Origin: Candidatus Cloacimonadales bacterium
GTDB lineage: Bacteria; Cloacimonadota; Cloacimonadia; Cloacimonadales; JAFGVF01
Length of the DNA stretch: 64,000 nt
Assembly (NCBI GenBank): GCA_963667035.1
Contig: OY762964.1
Span: 1,504,001-1,568,000, forward strand
Direction: 5' to 3'
The position numbers and the translations under genes were made by a program. Below, piece by piece: positions 9,607 through 20,730 of this stretch. The stretch's first letter is position 1. Each line of letters begins with the position of its first letter. The notes under the pieces were generated by a model. That model did not search any database and was not told where the DNA came from. It saw nothing but the letters and a program-made list of their open reading frames with translations.

Positions 9607-11040
9607 ATGATTACTGACGTGAGAGTCAGGTTTGCTCCCAGTCCAACAGGATATTTGCATCTTGGTGGATTACGTGTTGCCCTATACAATTATGCTTTTG
9701 CAAAACAAAATAATGGTAAATTTATACTTAGAATAGAAGATACGGATCAAGCTCGATTAGTTGAAGGAGCTGTAGAAAATTTAGTCAGTTCTCTTGAAGT
9801 AATGGGAATTACTTATGATGAAGGTCCTGAAAAGGGTGGAGAGTACGGTCCCTATTTTCAGTCCCAAAGACTTGACATATACAGAAAATATATTGATGAA
9901 CTAATAGAAAAAGGTCATGCATACTATTGTTTCTGCACTAAAGAGACTTTAGACGAGATGAGAGCTGAAGCTCAAAAAGAAAAGAATTTCTTTAAATATG
10001 ACAGACGTTGTCACAGACTAACTAAAGAAGAAATTCAAGCAAAGTTGGATGCAGGTGAACCTTATGTTGTGCGTTTGAAGATGCCTGATGAAAGAATATT
10101 CACTTTCAACGATTTGGTAAGAGGCGAAGTAAGTATAGATGTTAAGCAAGTTGATGATCAGGTCATACTCAAATCTGACGGTTTCCCAACCTATCATCTA
10201 GCTGCTGTAGTTGATGACCATCTTATGAAGATATCGCATGTATTCAGAGGTGAAGAATGGCTATCAAGTACTCCAAAACACATTTTTCTTTATGAATGTT
10301 TCGGTTGGACACCTCCGCAATGGGTTCATTTACCTCTTATACTTAACAAAGATAAAAGCAAGCTGAGTAAAAGAAAAAATGATGTGGCAGTAGAAACATA
10401 TCTTGAAAAAGGTTACAATAAAGAAGCCCTAATTAACTTCATAGCTCTTCTTGGATGGCATCCTGCTGAAGATAGAGAACTCTTTACTATGGATGAGATT
10501 ATTAAAGAATTCAGTATTGAAAGAGTTAATAAAGCAGGTGCAGTGTTTGATTTAACCAAACTTGAATGGATGAGTAGAATGTATTTCAGAAGCTCTAACC
10601 TTCAATCGGTTGCAGATTACGCAAAAACTCAGTTTGAGAAAGCAGGCATTGATATTTCGGATAATGATAAATATCTCAGAGTTATTGATAAAGCTCGTGA
10701 ATATATAACAACTATAGATCAGATAATTGAGCATTCAGAAATGTATTACAGTTTGGGAGAGTTAGAAGAAAAGGATGCAGAGATGCTTGATAACGAAGAA
10801 TCTCAAACAGTCCTAAAGTTTATGGCTAAAGCTTACGATTCAGAGAATGTTCTCTCCCCAGATGAGCTCAATGATATAACAAAAGAGTCTATAAAAGAAG
10901 TTGGCATCAAAGGAAAGAAATTCTATTTTCCTCTGAGACTGGCTTTGATAGGTAAGGGACACGGACCCGATATGCCTGCTATCTATCATATCCTCGGTAA
11001 AGAGGAGTTCATTAACAGAATAAAGAAAGCAATTAAATAG
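9607..11040 (+). CDS. gltX: glutamate--tRNA ligase
   Basis: RFAPSPTGYLHLGG (HIGH), LRIEDTD and KLSKR (KMSKS) motifs; TTGACA at 9543. Confidence 0.97.
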   Translation: MITDVRVRFAPSPTGYLHLGGLRVALYNYAFAKQNNGKFILRIEDTDQARLVEGAVENLVSSLEVMGITYDEGPEKGGEYGPYFQSQRLDIYRKYIDELIEKGHAYYCFCTKETLDEMRAEAQKEKNFFKYDRRCHRLTKEEIQAKLDAGEPYVVRLKMPDERIFTFNDLVRGEVSIDVKQVDDQVILKSDGFPTYHLAAVVDDHLMKISHVFRGEEWLSSTPKHIFLYECFGWTPPQWVHLPLILNKDKSKLSKRKNDVAVETYLEKGYNKEALINFIALLGWHPAEDRELFTMDEIIKEFSIERVNKAGAVFDLTKLEWMSRMYFRSSNLQSVADYAKTQFEKAGIDISDNDKYLRVIDKAREYITTIDQIIEHSEMYYSLGELEEKDAEMLDNEESQTVLKFMAKAYDSENVLSPDELNDITKESIKEVGIKGKKFYFPLRLALIGKGHGPDMPAIYHILGKEEFINRIKKAIK

Positions 11041-11051
11041 AGGAGTTTCGT

Positions 11052-11663
11052 ATGAAATATTACAAGAAGATGATTGGTGAAAAAACCTACCTTGCTCCGA
11101 TGAACATGGAAGATATTGAAAAGTATGTAGGTTGGGTAAATGACCTGCATGTAACCTTATTTACTGATCTTACCGACAGCATTATTGAAGAGGAAAAAGA
11201 GAAGCGACTCCTTGAAAAGATGTCAAATGACGTACATACCAAGATAATGGCGATTATCAGTAAAGAAACTAATACTGCAATTGGTTTTATAGCTTTACAT
11301 AGAGTTAATTACATGAACCGTAACGCTGAACTCGGAATTATGATCGGCGACAAAGGACAATGGAATAAAGGTTTTGGAACAGAAGCTATTCAGTTAATGC
11401 TTGATTTCTCTTTCAATGTTCTTAACTTACATAGTATCTATTTGAGAACTCTGTCTTTCAATCAGAGAGGTATGCGTTGCTTTGAGAAATGTGGATTCCA
11501 ACAAGTTGGTAAATCACGTCATGCAAAATACGTGGCCGGAACATATTATGATATGATTCATTACGATATTCTTGCCGAAGAATTTGATAGTGTATACTTC
11601 AAGGATATGGCAGAACAGAGTATGAAAGAAGATAAATCACTTAACAAAATCTCTATCATCTAA
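11052..11663 (+). CDS. GNAT N-acetyltransferase (RimJ/RimL/SpeG-like)
   Basis: AELGIMIG...WNKGFGTEA and N.RG.RCFEKCGF motifs. Confidence 0.85.
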   Translation: MKYYKKMIGEKTYLAPMNMEDIEKYVGWVNDLHVTLFTDLTDSIIEEEKEKRLLEKMSNDVHTKIMAIISKETNTAIGFIALHRVNYMNRNAELGIMIGDKGQWNKGFGTEAIQLMLDFSFNVLNLHSIYLRTLSFNQRGMRCFEKCGFQQVGKSRHAKYVAGTYYDMIHYDILAEEFDSVYFKDMAEQSMKEDKSLNKISII

Positions 11664-11707
11664 GAGAAATTGTAATATATTGGGGGCTTATGCCCCCGTT
11701 TTTCAAT

Positions 11708-12817
11708 ATGTTCAAAAAAATACACGGTCAAGAAAAAGCAATTGAATTATTAGAAAGAGCAATTACTTCCAATAGAGTTGCTCAGGCTTATCTATTCTCA
11801 GGTCCAAAAGGTGTTGGTAAATTTACAACGGCACTATACTTCGGTATGGCACTAAACTGCTTAAATGAAGTTAAAAGAAGACCTTGCGGAGAGTGTGCTT
11901 CTTGTCATAAGTTCCTACATTTTAATCATCTCGATTTCCTTTACCTCTTCCCTACTCCTAATATGGATTTTAATGAAGATGGGTCTTTTGGAAACAACAA
12001 GTTCATCAAAGAGTATGAAGAGTTTATTGAGAACAAAAAGAATAGTCCTTGGAAGGAATTTTTCTTCTCTGTTAACAGTGAGATAAGAAGAGATGCAATA
12101 AAAGTTGTTCAGTACAAAATGAGTATGGCAAACCACGAAGCAAGATACAGAATTTGCATTATTGAAGATGCCGATATGATGAACAATAACACAGCTAATG
12201 CCTTTCTTAAGACACTGGAAGAACCGCCTGATAATACTGTCATTATACTCACTACCACTCAACCTGAAAGACTATTGCCTACAATCATATCAAGATGCCA
12301 ACAGATTAAATTTAATCCCATTAGAAGAAATGTCATACAGGAGTATCTTCAGAAAGAGTTCGGAGCAACACACAATATAGCATCTTCCGTAGCTAAACTT
12401 GTTAACGGAAATCTGGAACTGGCAATTAATCTACTTGAAAACAGTGATTCCGAGGCTCGTGATTTTGCATGGAAGCTTGTAACATGTTGTGCAACAAAAG
12501 ATGATTTAGCCTTTCTTCATATTGTTAATGAATTCAGAGCAGGTAGAAGTCCAAAATTTATTGTCGAATTTATATCTAATGTTTCGATATTACTTAATGA
12601 CGTAATTATGCTTAGAAATCACCCTACCGAGATAGTAATGCCTGCAAACATTGAGCTATATAAGTTGTATTATAAACAGAACCAATATATTGATGAACCT
12701 CTTATTGATTATATCCCCATTCTTGAGAGCATGAGTATATCTGCAAGAGGTAAAGTTAATCCGCAATTGATAGTCTCAGAGATATACAACAGGATATGCG
12801 GTAAGCTTGAAAAATAA
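11708..12817 (+). CDS. holB: DNA polymerase III subunit delta'
   Basis: AYLFSGPKGVGK, Zn-binding C..C..C, ANAFLKTLEEPP, LLPTIISRC. The ATG at 11690 lies in a GC hairpin, so 11708 is preferred. Confidence 0.9.
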   Translation: MFKKIHGQEKAIELLERAITSNRVAQAYLFSGPKGVGKFTTALYFGMALNCLNEVKRRPCGECASCHKFLHFNHLDFLYLFPTPNMDFNEDGSFGNNKFIKEYEEFIENKKNSPWKEFFFSVNSEIRRDAIKVVQYKMSMANHEARYRICIIEDADMMNNNTANAFLKTLEEPPDNTVIILTTTQPERLLPTIISRCQQIKFNPIRRNVIQEYLQKEFGATHNIASSVAKLVNGNLELAINLLENSDSEARDFAWKLVTCCATKDDLAFLHIVNEFRAGRSPKFIVEFISNVSILLNDVIMLRNHPTEIVMPANIELYKLYYKQNQYIDEPLIDYIPILESMSISARGKVNPQLIVSEIYNRICGKLEK

Positions 12818-13535
12818 CTACAGACTTCCTAAGCATCTTGTCATAGATGAATGGTTACATAAATACAATATTCTTGCTATTTTCGGAGATAATACCATTC
12901 CATATAGAGAGTTTCTACAGAATCCCGGACCTATTAGTTGTGGTGACTACACAATTAATCCTGAGAATCTGGTTAGATGTAAACAAACTCATTCCGATGA
13001 AACATATTTGGTACATAAAAAAGATGCAGGTGCAGGGGTAGTAATCGGTATGCCTGAAATCCCTATCGTCGATGGTTTTATATGTGTAGAAAAAGGTATA
13101 TTCCCATTTGTTGTTTCCGCTGATTGTACACCCATTTTTATAATAGCTCCTGATGTTGAAGTTATTGCTTGTATTCATTCAGGAAGAGTAGGAACAGAAA
13201 GGAACATACTCGGAAAGACGCTTGATGCTATCATTGGCAATTATCACGCTAACCCTGAAAAAATTGAAATTAAAACCGGACCTGCTATTTGTTCTCGTCA
13301 CTACCCGGTTGATAAAAAGACTCATGATACATTTATAAAGAATACGGGTATTAATCAGATGTTTCCTTATCTGGATTTAAGAAGTGTTCAGTTACAAGAA
13401 GCTCTCGAAAAGGGAGTGCTTGAGAAAAAAATCTCTGTGAGCAATATCTGTACTTATGAGGATGAGAAGTATTCATCATACCGTGAAAATGGTACTAGAG
13501 AAAGACAAATCAATTTAATTGGTATATTGGGCTAA
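12807..13535 (+). CDS. pgeF: PgeF/YfiH (laccase-like) family protein
   Basis: QTHS, ADCTPI, HSGR.G, GPAIC...Y.V and CTYE....SSYR motifs. Confidence 0.85.
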   Translation: MKNNYRLPKHLVIDEWLHKYNILAIFGDNTIPYREFLQNPGPISCGDYTINPENLVRCKQTHSDETYLVHKKDAGAGVVIGMPEIPIVDGFICVEKGIFPFVVSADCTPIFIIAPDVEVIACIHSGRVGTERNILGKTLDAIIGNYHANPEKIEIKTGPAICSRHYPVDKKTHDTFIKNTGINQMFPYLDLRSVQLQEALEKGVLEKKISVSNICTYEDEKYSSYRENGTRERQINLIGILG

Positions 13536-14531
13536 ACTGCTCAGTATTTCTTGAGGATTATCAATAGAAATTATATTTGAGTTTTGATACTCAAGTTTTC
13601 CGAATCTGTACTTGGATGGCATAGGAGCTTTATTAATCAATTGATAATTACCTTCCATAAATTCATAAGGTATGTTTAAACCCTTACCATTCCAAACATA
13701 GATCGGTTTATCTAATTCAATGGCATCCCTAACAGTATACAATGTTCCGGAATTTAGGGAAGTCTGAACAACAAACAGAGCATCACTAATAGCACTCTGC
13801 AATCTATCTCTTAGTATTAGCCAAGATCTTTTAACAGGGATTGAAGGAGATAGTTCTGAGAGTAGATATCCCCCACCTTCGAGTATGTCTGAAGCTAATT
13901 GCCTGTTTTCAGCAGGATAGATTTTACTAGTTAAACCGTTCCCAAGAATTGCACCTGTATATGCATTATTGCATAAAGCATTTTTAAAGCAGGAAATACT
14001 ACCATGATGCCCGGCCGAATCACAACCCATTGCTAGTCCGCTATGATTCCATATTGAGTTTTCTGCAAATAGTTGACCCGCTTGAAAAGCAACAGCTCCT
14101 GCATATCTGGCGTCAATCAATCTGCTACCTATTATTGCTACACCTTTGGACATAACAGCTTTGCTAAAGTTACCTTTCCAACTAATAAATAGAGGAGGTA
14201 TGGGAATACTTTGGAAAAAAGCAGGATAATTGATAGACTCATAAGAAGAGTACTCAATTTTATGTTTATCTAATAAACTTAACTCATTATCTGCTATCCT
14301 ATCAAAGTAATTGTCCCTTATGTTAACCATCTCATTGAGTAAAGAGTTTCTTTCTGATTCAGGTATCAAAGATAAACGATCTGAAGAAGTCATATTGAAT
14401 AGATTTATACCAGATTTCACTGATTGCAATATTGTTTGCACATATTCCTTATACTCGTATATAATGTGCATTTTATCACATAACGCTGCAATCAGAGTGA
14501 ACTTCAAATACTCTTTTGGTGTATAAACCAT
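13515..14531 (-). CDS. DprA/Smf (SLOG) family protein, atypical
   Basis: AIIGSR, SGLAMGCD.AGH, IYPAEN..LA..I...GG.LLSE, RDRLQS and SGTL.T motifs. Confidence 0.8.
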   Translation of the reverse strand: MVYTPKEYLKFTLIAALCDKMHIIYEYKEYVQTILQSVKSGINLFNMTSSDRLSLIPESERNSLLNEMVNIRDNYFDRIADNELSLLDKHKIEYSSYESINYPAFFQSIPIPPLFISWKGNFSKAVMSKGVAIIGSRLIDARYAGAVAFQAGQLFAENSIWNHSGLAMGCDSAGHHGSISCFKNALCNNAYTGAILGNGLTSKIYPAENRQLASDILEGGGYLLSELSPSIPVKRSWLILRDRLQSAISDALFVVQTSLNSGTLYTVRDAIELDKPIYVWNGKGLNIPYEFMEGNYQLINKAPMPSKYRFGKLEYQNSNIISIDNPQEILSSLAQYTN

Positions 14532-14599
14532 AACCCTTACATGGCTACTGCCATCTCCTTATACATAATTATCTCCCGAATATGAGTAGATATATCTGT

Positions 14600-15727
14600 T
14601 TAGCTCTCGTTTTTTTCGTACTCCTCAATCAGGATATGGACTGCTTGAGTTGAAGTAATTTTCCCTTCTATCAGTTCTCTTTCTATCGAAGGAAGCATAA
14701 CTTTAGTCTTCGAATTGTTATAAAATGAATTCAACAGATAATCTTCAAGCATGAAGTGCATCCATTCAAGTTGTTGTTTTTGTCTTCTCTTGTTAAAAAC
14801 TCCATTTAAATCAACTGTTTCTTTAAAATCAAGAATACTATTCCAGATTTCATTAACTCCGGTATTCTTGAGAGCCGAGCATGTCCGGGCAGTTGTCTGC
14901 CAACCTTCGGTTGCCGGAGCAATATAATGAAGAACCTGGTTATACTCGGATTTCGCAATTTCTGCTTTATGCTTGTTATCTCCATCAGCCTTGTTAACAA
15001 CAATCATATCTGCTATTTCAATAATACCTTTCTTTATACCTTGCAACTCATCGCCAGCCCCGGCAATTTGAACTACTAAGAAAAAATCAACCATAGATCT
15101 GACTGTTACTTCCGATTGTCCTACGCCGACTGTCTCAATAATAATTACATCAAATCCGGCTGCTTCACATAGCAATATGCTCTCACGAGTCTTTCTGGTA
15201 ACTCCTCCCAAGGCTCCTCCTGAAGGAGAAGGTCTGATAAAGCTATCTTTGGCTCTGGATAATTGTTCCATGCGAGTCTTATCACCTAGTATGCTACCTT
15301 TACTTCTTGTGCTACTTGGATCAATCGCTAATACAGCAACTTTATGCCCCTGTTCGATTAGGTTTAAGCCTAAAGTTTCAATCAGAGTACTTTTACCGGC
15401 TCCGGGAACACCGGTAATTCCTATACGAATTGAGTTTCCGCTTTTTGGTAAGATTCTTTTTACGAGCTCTTGTGCTTGTTTTATATGTTTATCAGAGTTA
15501 CTTTCGATCAGTGTTATCGCCCTGGCAAGTATAATTCTATCTTGATTAACAATACCTTCATAGTATTCTTCTAAAGACAACTGATTTCTTTTAATTGCAT
15601 TCTTAGTCTTTGTCATTGAATGTCTATAAGGAAGCCCTTCGTGATTAGATTTAATTCCGGGCATAACCCTTGTAGTAAATTCTTTTCCTGCTTTATCCGG
15701 TACCCATTCCGGTCTTTTATCTTTCAT
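14600..15727 (-). CDS. meaB: methylmalonyl-CoA mutase-associated GTPase MeaB
   Basis: GITGVPGAGKST, IDPSS...GSILGDKTRM, ETVGVGQSE and NKAD motifs. Confidence 0.95.
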   Translation of the reverse strand: MKDKRPEWVPDKAGKEFTTRVMPGIKSNHEGLPYRHSMTKTKNAIKRNQLSLEEYYEGIVNQDRIILARAITLIESNSDKHIKQAQELVKRILPKSGNSIRIGITGVPGAGKSTLIETLGLNLIEQGHKVAVLAIDPSSTRSKGSILGDKTRMEQLSRAKDSFIRPSPSGGALGGVTRKTRESILLCEAAGFDVIIIETVGVGQSEVTVRSMVDFFLVVQIAGAGDELQGIKKGIIEIADMIVVNKADGDNKHKAEIAKSEYNQVLHYIAPATEGWQTTARTCSALKNTGVNEIWNSILDFKETVDLNGVFNKRRQKQQLEWMHFMLEDYLLNSFYNNSKTKVMLPSIERELIEGKITSTQAVHILIEEYEKNES

Positions 15728-16043
15728 TACAAATCCTTGTTTAATATTAGTTATATAGTTATCAACGACTATCTATTCTGACAAGCAAATTCTTAAAGAT
15801 ATTTATACATGGAAGTTATTTTATAAAGCTATGCTTTATATCTGCCAGTCCTTTCCTCAAGAGTTGAGGACAAATAAAAAATGAATATTGAACCATAGTG
15901 TTTTGAGTTTTCTATATTGCTTTAAAACATCAATATGATAATGTGTTAAATGCCAGTTTAACTATCATTACGTTATGTGGATAAATTGCTTTACAAAAAA
16001 ACAATAAGCAAATTTCTTTCAAAAAAATTAGCGGAAGGTTGAA

Positions 16044-16823
16044 ATGAGAAATATTTTAGTGGCAGGTAATTGGAAAATGAACAAAACTCCACAGGAAGCT
16101 GTAGAGTTTCTAAGTAGTTTAAGTAATTTTTGTAATGAAAACAACCATCCAGAAGTTGATGTAATGATAGCACCAACTTATCTAGCTCTAACCGATTCAA
16201 AGAAAGCGGTTAAAGGTACGAATGTAAACATAAGTGCCCAAGATGTTAGTATGAACATAAATGGAGCCTTTACAGGTGAAGTATCTGCAACTATGCTAAA
16301 GTCCGTATCAATTGATATGTGTATTATCGGTCATTCAGAAAGAAGAATATATCATGGCGAAACCGATGCAAAGATCAATAGGAAATTACATACATTGTTG
16401 ATGAATGGTATAAAACCAATTGTTTGTATCGGAGAAACACTCGAGCAAAGACAAGCTGAAGAGACAATGGAAATTGTTATAGGTCAGCTAGATGAAAGTT
16501 TAAGTGAGTTAGAGCTTTCAACAGGCGAAGAGATTGTGATTGCCTATGAACCCGTGTGGGCCATTGGTACAGGTGTTACTGCTACCCCCGAACAGGCAGA
16601 AGAGGTGCATGCTTTGATTAGAAGAAGACTATCGAAAAGGTTTTCACCGATTATAGCAGAAAAAATCATTATACTTTACGGTGGTAGCATGAAACCTTCT
16701 AATATGCAAGAATTACTAGCTTGCCCTAATATTGACGGTGGTCTAATCGGTGGAGCATCTTTAAACATTGATAGTTTCACTGAAATGATAAGAATTGCTA
16801 TTGATAAAAAAGAGGAGAATTGA
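16044..16823 (+). CDS. tpiA: triosephosphate isomerase
   Basis: GNWKMN, GHSERR, AYEPVWAIGTG, YGGS and GGLIGGASL motifs. Confidence 0.97.
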   Translation: MRNILVAGNWKMNKTPQEAVEFLSSLSNFCNENNHPEVDVMIAPTYLALTDSKKAVKGTNVNISAQDVSMNINGAFTGEVSATMLKSVSIDMCIIGHSERRIYHGETDAKINRKLHTLLMNGIKPIVCIGETLEQRQAEETMEIVIGQLDESLSELELSTGEEIVIAYEPVWAIGTGVTATPEQAEEVHALIRRRLSKRFSPIIAEKIIILYGGSMKPSNMQELLACPNIDGGLIGGASLNIDSFTEMIRIAIDKKEEN

Positions 16824-18067
16824 TGCTTGATATAAGATACATCAGAGACAATACTGAACTTGTTAAACAAGCAGTTATAAATAAAAAAGCAAAAGCCGAT
16901 ATTGATTTGATTATTGAACTTGATGAAAAGAAGCGTAAATTACAATATGATTTTGATCAGAAGAAAGCTCATCAAAACAAAGTTTCTAAAGAAATCGGTA
17001 TGAGAAAAAGAAACAAAGAGAATGCTGATGACCTTTTAAAAGAGATGCAAGAAATTGCCGGAGAAATAAAAGAACTAAGTAGAGAAGTTAGTGAGATTGA
17101 TAATAATCTAACCGAACAACTACTCTGGATTCCCAATACTCCTCATCCCGATGTAAAAATCGGAGGTGAAGAGGATAATGAAGTTTTAAGCTATCATGGG
17201 GATAAACCTGAATTCGATTTTGAACCAAAAGATCATCTAGATATTGCAGAAACCAATAACTTACTTGACCTTGAAAGAGGTGGTAAGATTTCAGGAAGTG
17301 GATTCCCAATTTACACGGGTAAAGGTGCTAGATTGGAAAGAGCTTTAATCAATTTCATGCTTGACTATCAGATAGAGAAAAATGGTTATGAAGAAATTGC
17401 TGTACCATTGTTGGTTAACAGAACAACCATGACAGGAACCGGTCAGCTTCCTAAAATGGAAGATGATATGTATAAAATGACTGACGATGACCTTTTCTTA
17501 ATACCTACAGCAGAAGTACCGGTAACAAACATATATGCTAATGAAATCTTGAAGAATGACAGACTCCCTATCAAACATGTCGCAGCAACTGCATGCTTCA
17601 GAAGAGAAGCCGGATCCTATGGTAAAGACACTCGCGGATTGCAAAGATTACATCAATTCAATAAAGTGGAAATGGTCAGATTTGTTCATCCTGAGGGTTC
17701 TTACGATATTCTGAATGAAATGGTTGAGAATGCTGAGAGCATATTGAAAGCTCTAGGTTTACATTATAGAAAACTTAGATTAGCAACAGGAGATTTAAGC
17801 TTTGCATCAGCAATGACCTATGATATTGAAGTATGGGCTCCAGGAACAGGCAAATATCTCGAAGTATCTTCAATTAGTAACTTTGAAGATTTTCAAGCCA
17901 GGAGAGCTTCAATCAGATTTAGAGATAATGATGGTAAGGTTAAGTTTGTCCATACTTTGAACGGTTCCGGTTTGGCTACCCCAAGACTCTTCATTGCTCT
18001 TTTAGAGACCTATCAGCAAGAAGACGGTTCGTATAAACTTCCTGAGATTCTAAATCAATATTTATAA
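16823..18067 (+). CDS. serS: serine--tRNA ligase
   Basis: MLDIRYIR, LIPTAEVP, CFRREAGSYG.DTRGL.RLHQF.KVE and HTLNGSGLA motifs. Confidence 0.97.
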   Translation: MLDIRYIRDNTELVKQAVINKKAKADIDLIIELDEKKRKLQYDFDQKKAHQNKVSKEIGMRKRNKENADDLLKEMQEIAGEIKELSREVSEIDNNLTEQLLWIPNTPHPDVKIGGEEDNEVLSYHGDKPEFDFEPKDHLDIAETNNLLDLERGGKISGSGFPIYTGKGARLERALINFMLDYQIEKNGYEEIAVPLLVNRTTMTGTGQLPKMEDDMYKMTDDDLFLIPTAEVPVTNIYANEILKNDRLPIKHVAATACFRREAGSYGKDTRGLQRLHQFNKVEMVRFVHPEGSYDILNEMVENAESILKALGLHYRKLRLATGDLSFASAMTYDIEVWAPGTGKYLEVSSISNFEDFQARRASIRFRDNDGKVKFVHTLNGSGLATPRLFIALLETYQQEDGSYKLPEILNQYL

Positions 18068-18086
18068 ATAAATATGTAATATTTAC

Positions 18087-18112
18087 AGGGCACTTTGAAT
18101 GTGCCCTATTTT
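18087..18112 (+). terminator. intrinsic terminator after serS
   Basis: AGGGCAC-N7-GTGCCCT followed by ATTTT. Confidence 0.6.
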
Positions 18113-18278
18113 CATTTCTACTCCAAAAGTAATTAAGCACCTAACAATTCTAAAAGAATTCATGAATTATTACTATTCTCTGTATATACAAAATTTTGTA
18201 TCAAGATAGGTTGAGTTATTAATGTATTGCGTGTAAAAAAAACTTGTCTCATTTTTATGGTTATGAATATATAGAGTA

Positions 18279-19631
18279 ATGGAAAAAACTAAAAGCATGT
18301 ACTGTTGTAAACAATGTGGTTATGAGTCAGCAAATTGGCTTGGAAAGTGTCCCTCATGCGGAGAGTGGAATAGTTTTACAACAGTTGATAGAATAATAGG
18401 TAAAGGCGGTAAGACTAAACCGATCGCACTAAACACACAAAACTCCCCCACTCTTCTAACTAATATTTCAACATCAAAAGGTAAACGGATTCAATCAGGT
18501 AATGATGAATTTGATAGAGTGCTTGGTGGTGGTATTGTACCAGGTATGGTAACCCTCTTAGGTGGAGAACCCGGAGTCGGTAAATCGACATTAATGATAC
18601 AACTTGCAGAATGGATGTCGCAACAGAATCTAAGAACTCTATATATATCGGGAGAAGAAAGTCCTTCTCAAATCAAGGTAAGGACTGAAAGATTGGAGTT
18701 GAACGGAGATTTAGTAACACTCTATTGCACTAACAATACAGATGCTATTATTGAAGAGATTCAGAATAGTAAACCCGACTTGGTTGTTATTGATTCAATC
18801 CAATCTACTTATTCAGATAGAGTAGACAGTTTAGCCGGAAGTGTTACACAGTTAAGAGAGAATGCTGCTAGATTAACGAGAATAGCTAAAGAGTTTGATA
18901 TACCGGTTTTCATTATCGGGCACATCACAAAAGATGGTGCTGTTGCTGGTCCCAAATTAATTGAACACGCTGTTGATACGGTTCTGTATTTTGAGACTGA
19001 TCCAAGGAATTTCTATAAAATCCTTAGAACAACAAAGAATCGTTTCGGCTCAACAAATGAAATTGGAATCTTCAAAATGATTGATAAAGGATTGGAAGCA
19101 GTAGATAATCCGAACTTTGTCTTTCTGAATGAAGATGAAAATTCTGTTGGCACTGCAATAGGTTGTATACTTGAAGGTAGCAGAGTCTTTTTAGCAGAAG
19201 TGCAATCTTTGATTAACTCTTCAAGCTATGGTACTCCGCAAAGGGTCGCCAATGGTTTTGATCATAAGAAATTAGCACTTTATTTAGCAATTATTGAAAG
19301 AAGTCTTGGGATTTCCCTTAGAATGTCAGATGTTTTTATTAACCTGATGGGAGGGATAAAGGTCTCAGAACCCGGGCTTGACCTTGCAGTAATTGCTTCA
19401 ATACTTTCTAGTTTCAAGGATGAGCCAATTCCAGGAAAGACAGTCTTCATTGGTGAAGTAAGTTTAGGGGGATTTGTTCGACCGGTGGGTATGATAGAAA
19501 AGAAGATAACGGAAGCTAGGAAACTAGGCTTCGAAAAGATATTTGTATCAGGACGGTCAAAACTAACAAGAAATATTGACCAAGTAGTTAAAATAGAACA
19601 TATAAACGGAATAATGAGAAACTTATATTAA
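18279..19631 (+). CDS. radA: DNA repair protein RadA/Sms
   Basis: C4 zinc finger, GGEPGVGKSTL, KNRFG motif and Lon-like C-terminus. Confidence 0.96.
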   Translation: MEKTKSMYCCKQCGYESANWLGKCPSCGEWNSFTTVDRIIGKGGKTKPIALNTQNSPTLLTNISTSKGKRIQSGNDEFDRVLGGGIVPGMVTLLGGEPGVGKSTLMIQLAEWMSQQNLRTLYISGEESPSQIKVRTERLELNGDLVTLYCTNNTDAIIEEIQNSKPDLVVIDSIQSTYSDRVDSLAGSVTQLRENAARLTRIAKEFDIPVFIIGHITKDGAVAGPKLIEHAVDTVLYFETDPRNFYKILRTTKNRFGSTNEIGIFKMIDKGLEAVDNPNFVFLNEDENSVGTAIGCILEGSRVFLAEVQSLINSSSYGTPQRVANGFDHKKLALYLAIIERSLGISLRMSDVFINLMGGIKVSEPGLDLAVIASILSSFKDEPIPGKTVFIGEVSLGGFVRPVGMIEKKITEARKLGFEKIFVSGRSKLTRNIDQVVKIEHINGIMRNLY

Positions 19632-20728
19632 TGAGAGAAAAAGATTTAAGTATAACTCTTGCAGAGCTTAATACCAAATTCAAACAGAGAGTTATTGTAG
19701 CAGGATTTGACGGATTTATTGATGAAATCATTCATATTGTTGATAAATACACCGATGTTGGTGTTTATAAACGAATCGAAACCATTGCTGACTTTGCGGA
19801 CAAAGTAAATCAAGCATCTGGCTTAAGTGCAAACTTCGAATACAAAACAATCCAGAAAAAATTAGGTGGAAATGGACCAATAATTGCTAATGCTCTACAA
19901 GCTCAAGGAAATAAAATCCATTATTTTGGAGCTCTAGGCTTAAAAAACATTGACCCGATTTTTCAAGAGTTTGTGGAAAAATGTGAAACAGCCATATCTG
20001 TCGCTGACCCTGGTTATACCGAAGCACTAGAATTTTCAGACGGAAAGTTAATGATGGGAAAAGTCGATTGCCTAAACTTGGTAAACTGGAGCAATATAAT
20101 TGAAAGTTATAGTTTAAACCAGCTATCTGAAACTATTAATAATTCAGATCTTATCTGTTGCACTAATTGGACTAGCCTATACAAAATGAACTCTATCCTT
20201 GAAGGATTAGGTAGCATCGAACTATCAAAGAGAATTCCATTGTTTATTGATTTAGCTGATCCCCGTAAAAGATCTTTAGAAGATATAAAAAGTGTAATTA
20301 GCATTTTACAAACACTACAAAACAATTATAATGTAGTGTTAGGATTAAATGAAAAGGAATCTGTATTGATAGCAGATGTTTTAGATATAAATGTAGATGA
20401 CACTTTAGAAAGAAGTCGGTTGTTGCAAAGAAGCTTAGATATATATTGTGTCGTCATTCACCCTGTAAAATATGCAGTAGCATCTACTGAAATGGAATCA
20501 TTCAGAGTTGAAGGGCCATTCTGTTCAAACCCAAAACTTTCTACAGGAGCCGGAGATAATTTCAATGCTGGTTTTTGTTGTGGTCTGATAAATAATTTAT
20601 GTCTTAAATCATCATTGTACCTAGGTGCTTGCTCTTCAGGATATTATGTAAGAAAGATGCATTCTCCAGAATTATCAGAGTTAAAGCAGTTTATTTCTAG
20701 TTGGATTGATGGCAATATTGAGGATTAG
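19631..20728 (+). CDS. PfkB/ribokinase-family carbohydrate kinase
   Basis: KLGGNG N-terminal motif and STGAGDNFNAGF signature. Confidence 0.8.
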   Translation: MREKDLSITLAELNTKFKQRVIVAGFDGFIDEIIHIVDKYTDVGVYKRIETIADFADKVNQASGLSANFEYKTIQKKLGGNGPIIANALQAQGNKIHYFGALGLKNIDPIFQEFVEKCETAISVADPGYTEALEFSDGKLMMGKVDCLNLVNWSNIIESYSLNQLSETINNSDLICCTNWTSLYKMNSILEGLGSIELSKRIPLFIDLADPRKRSLEDIKSVISILQTLQNNYNVVLGLNEKESVLIADVLDINVDDTLERSRLLQRSLDIYCVVIHPVKYAVASTEMESFRVEGPFCSNPKLSTGAGDNFNAGFCCGLINNLCLKSSLYLGACSSGYYVRKMHSPELSELKQFISSWIDGNIED

Positions 20729-20730
20729 AT

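Noticed and set aside
15976..15984. Perfect DnaA box TGTGGATAA upstream of tpiA
   Set aside because: A single box with no cluster and no dnaA/dnaN context; not enough to call oriC.
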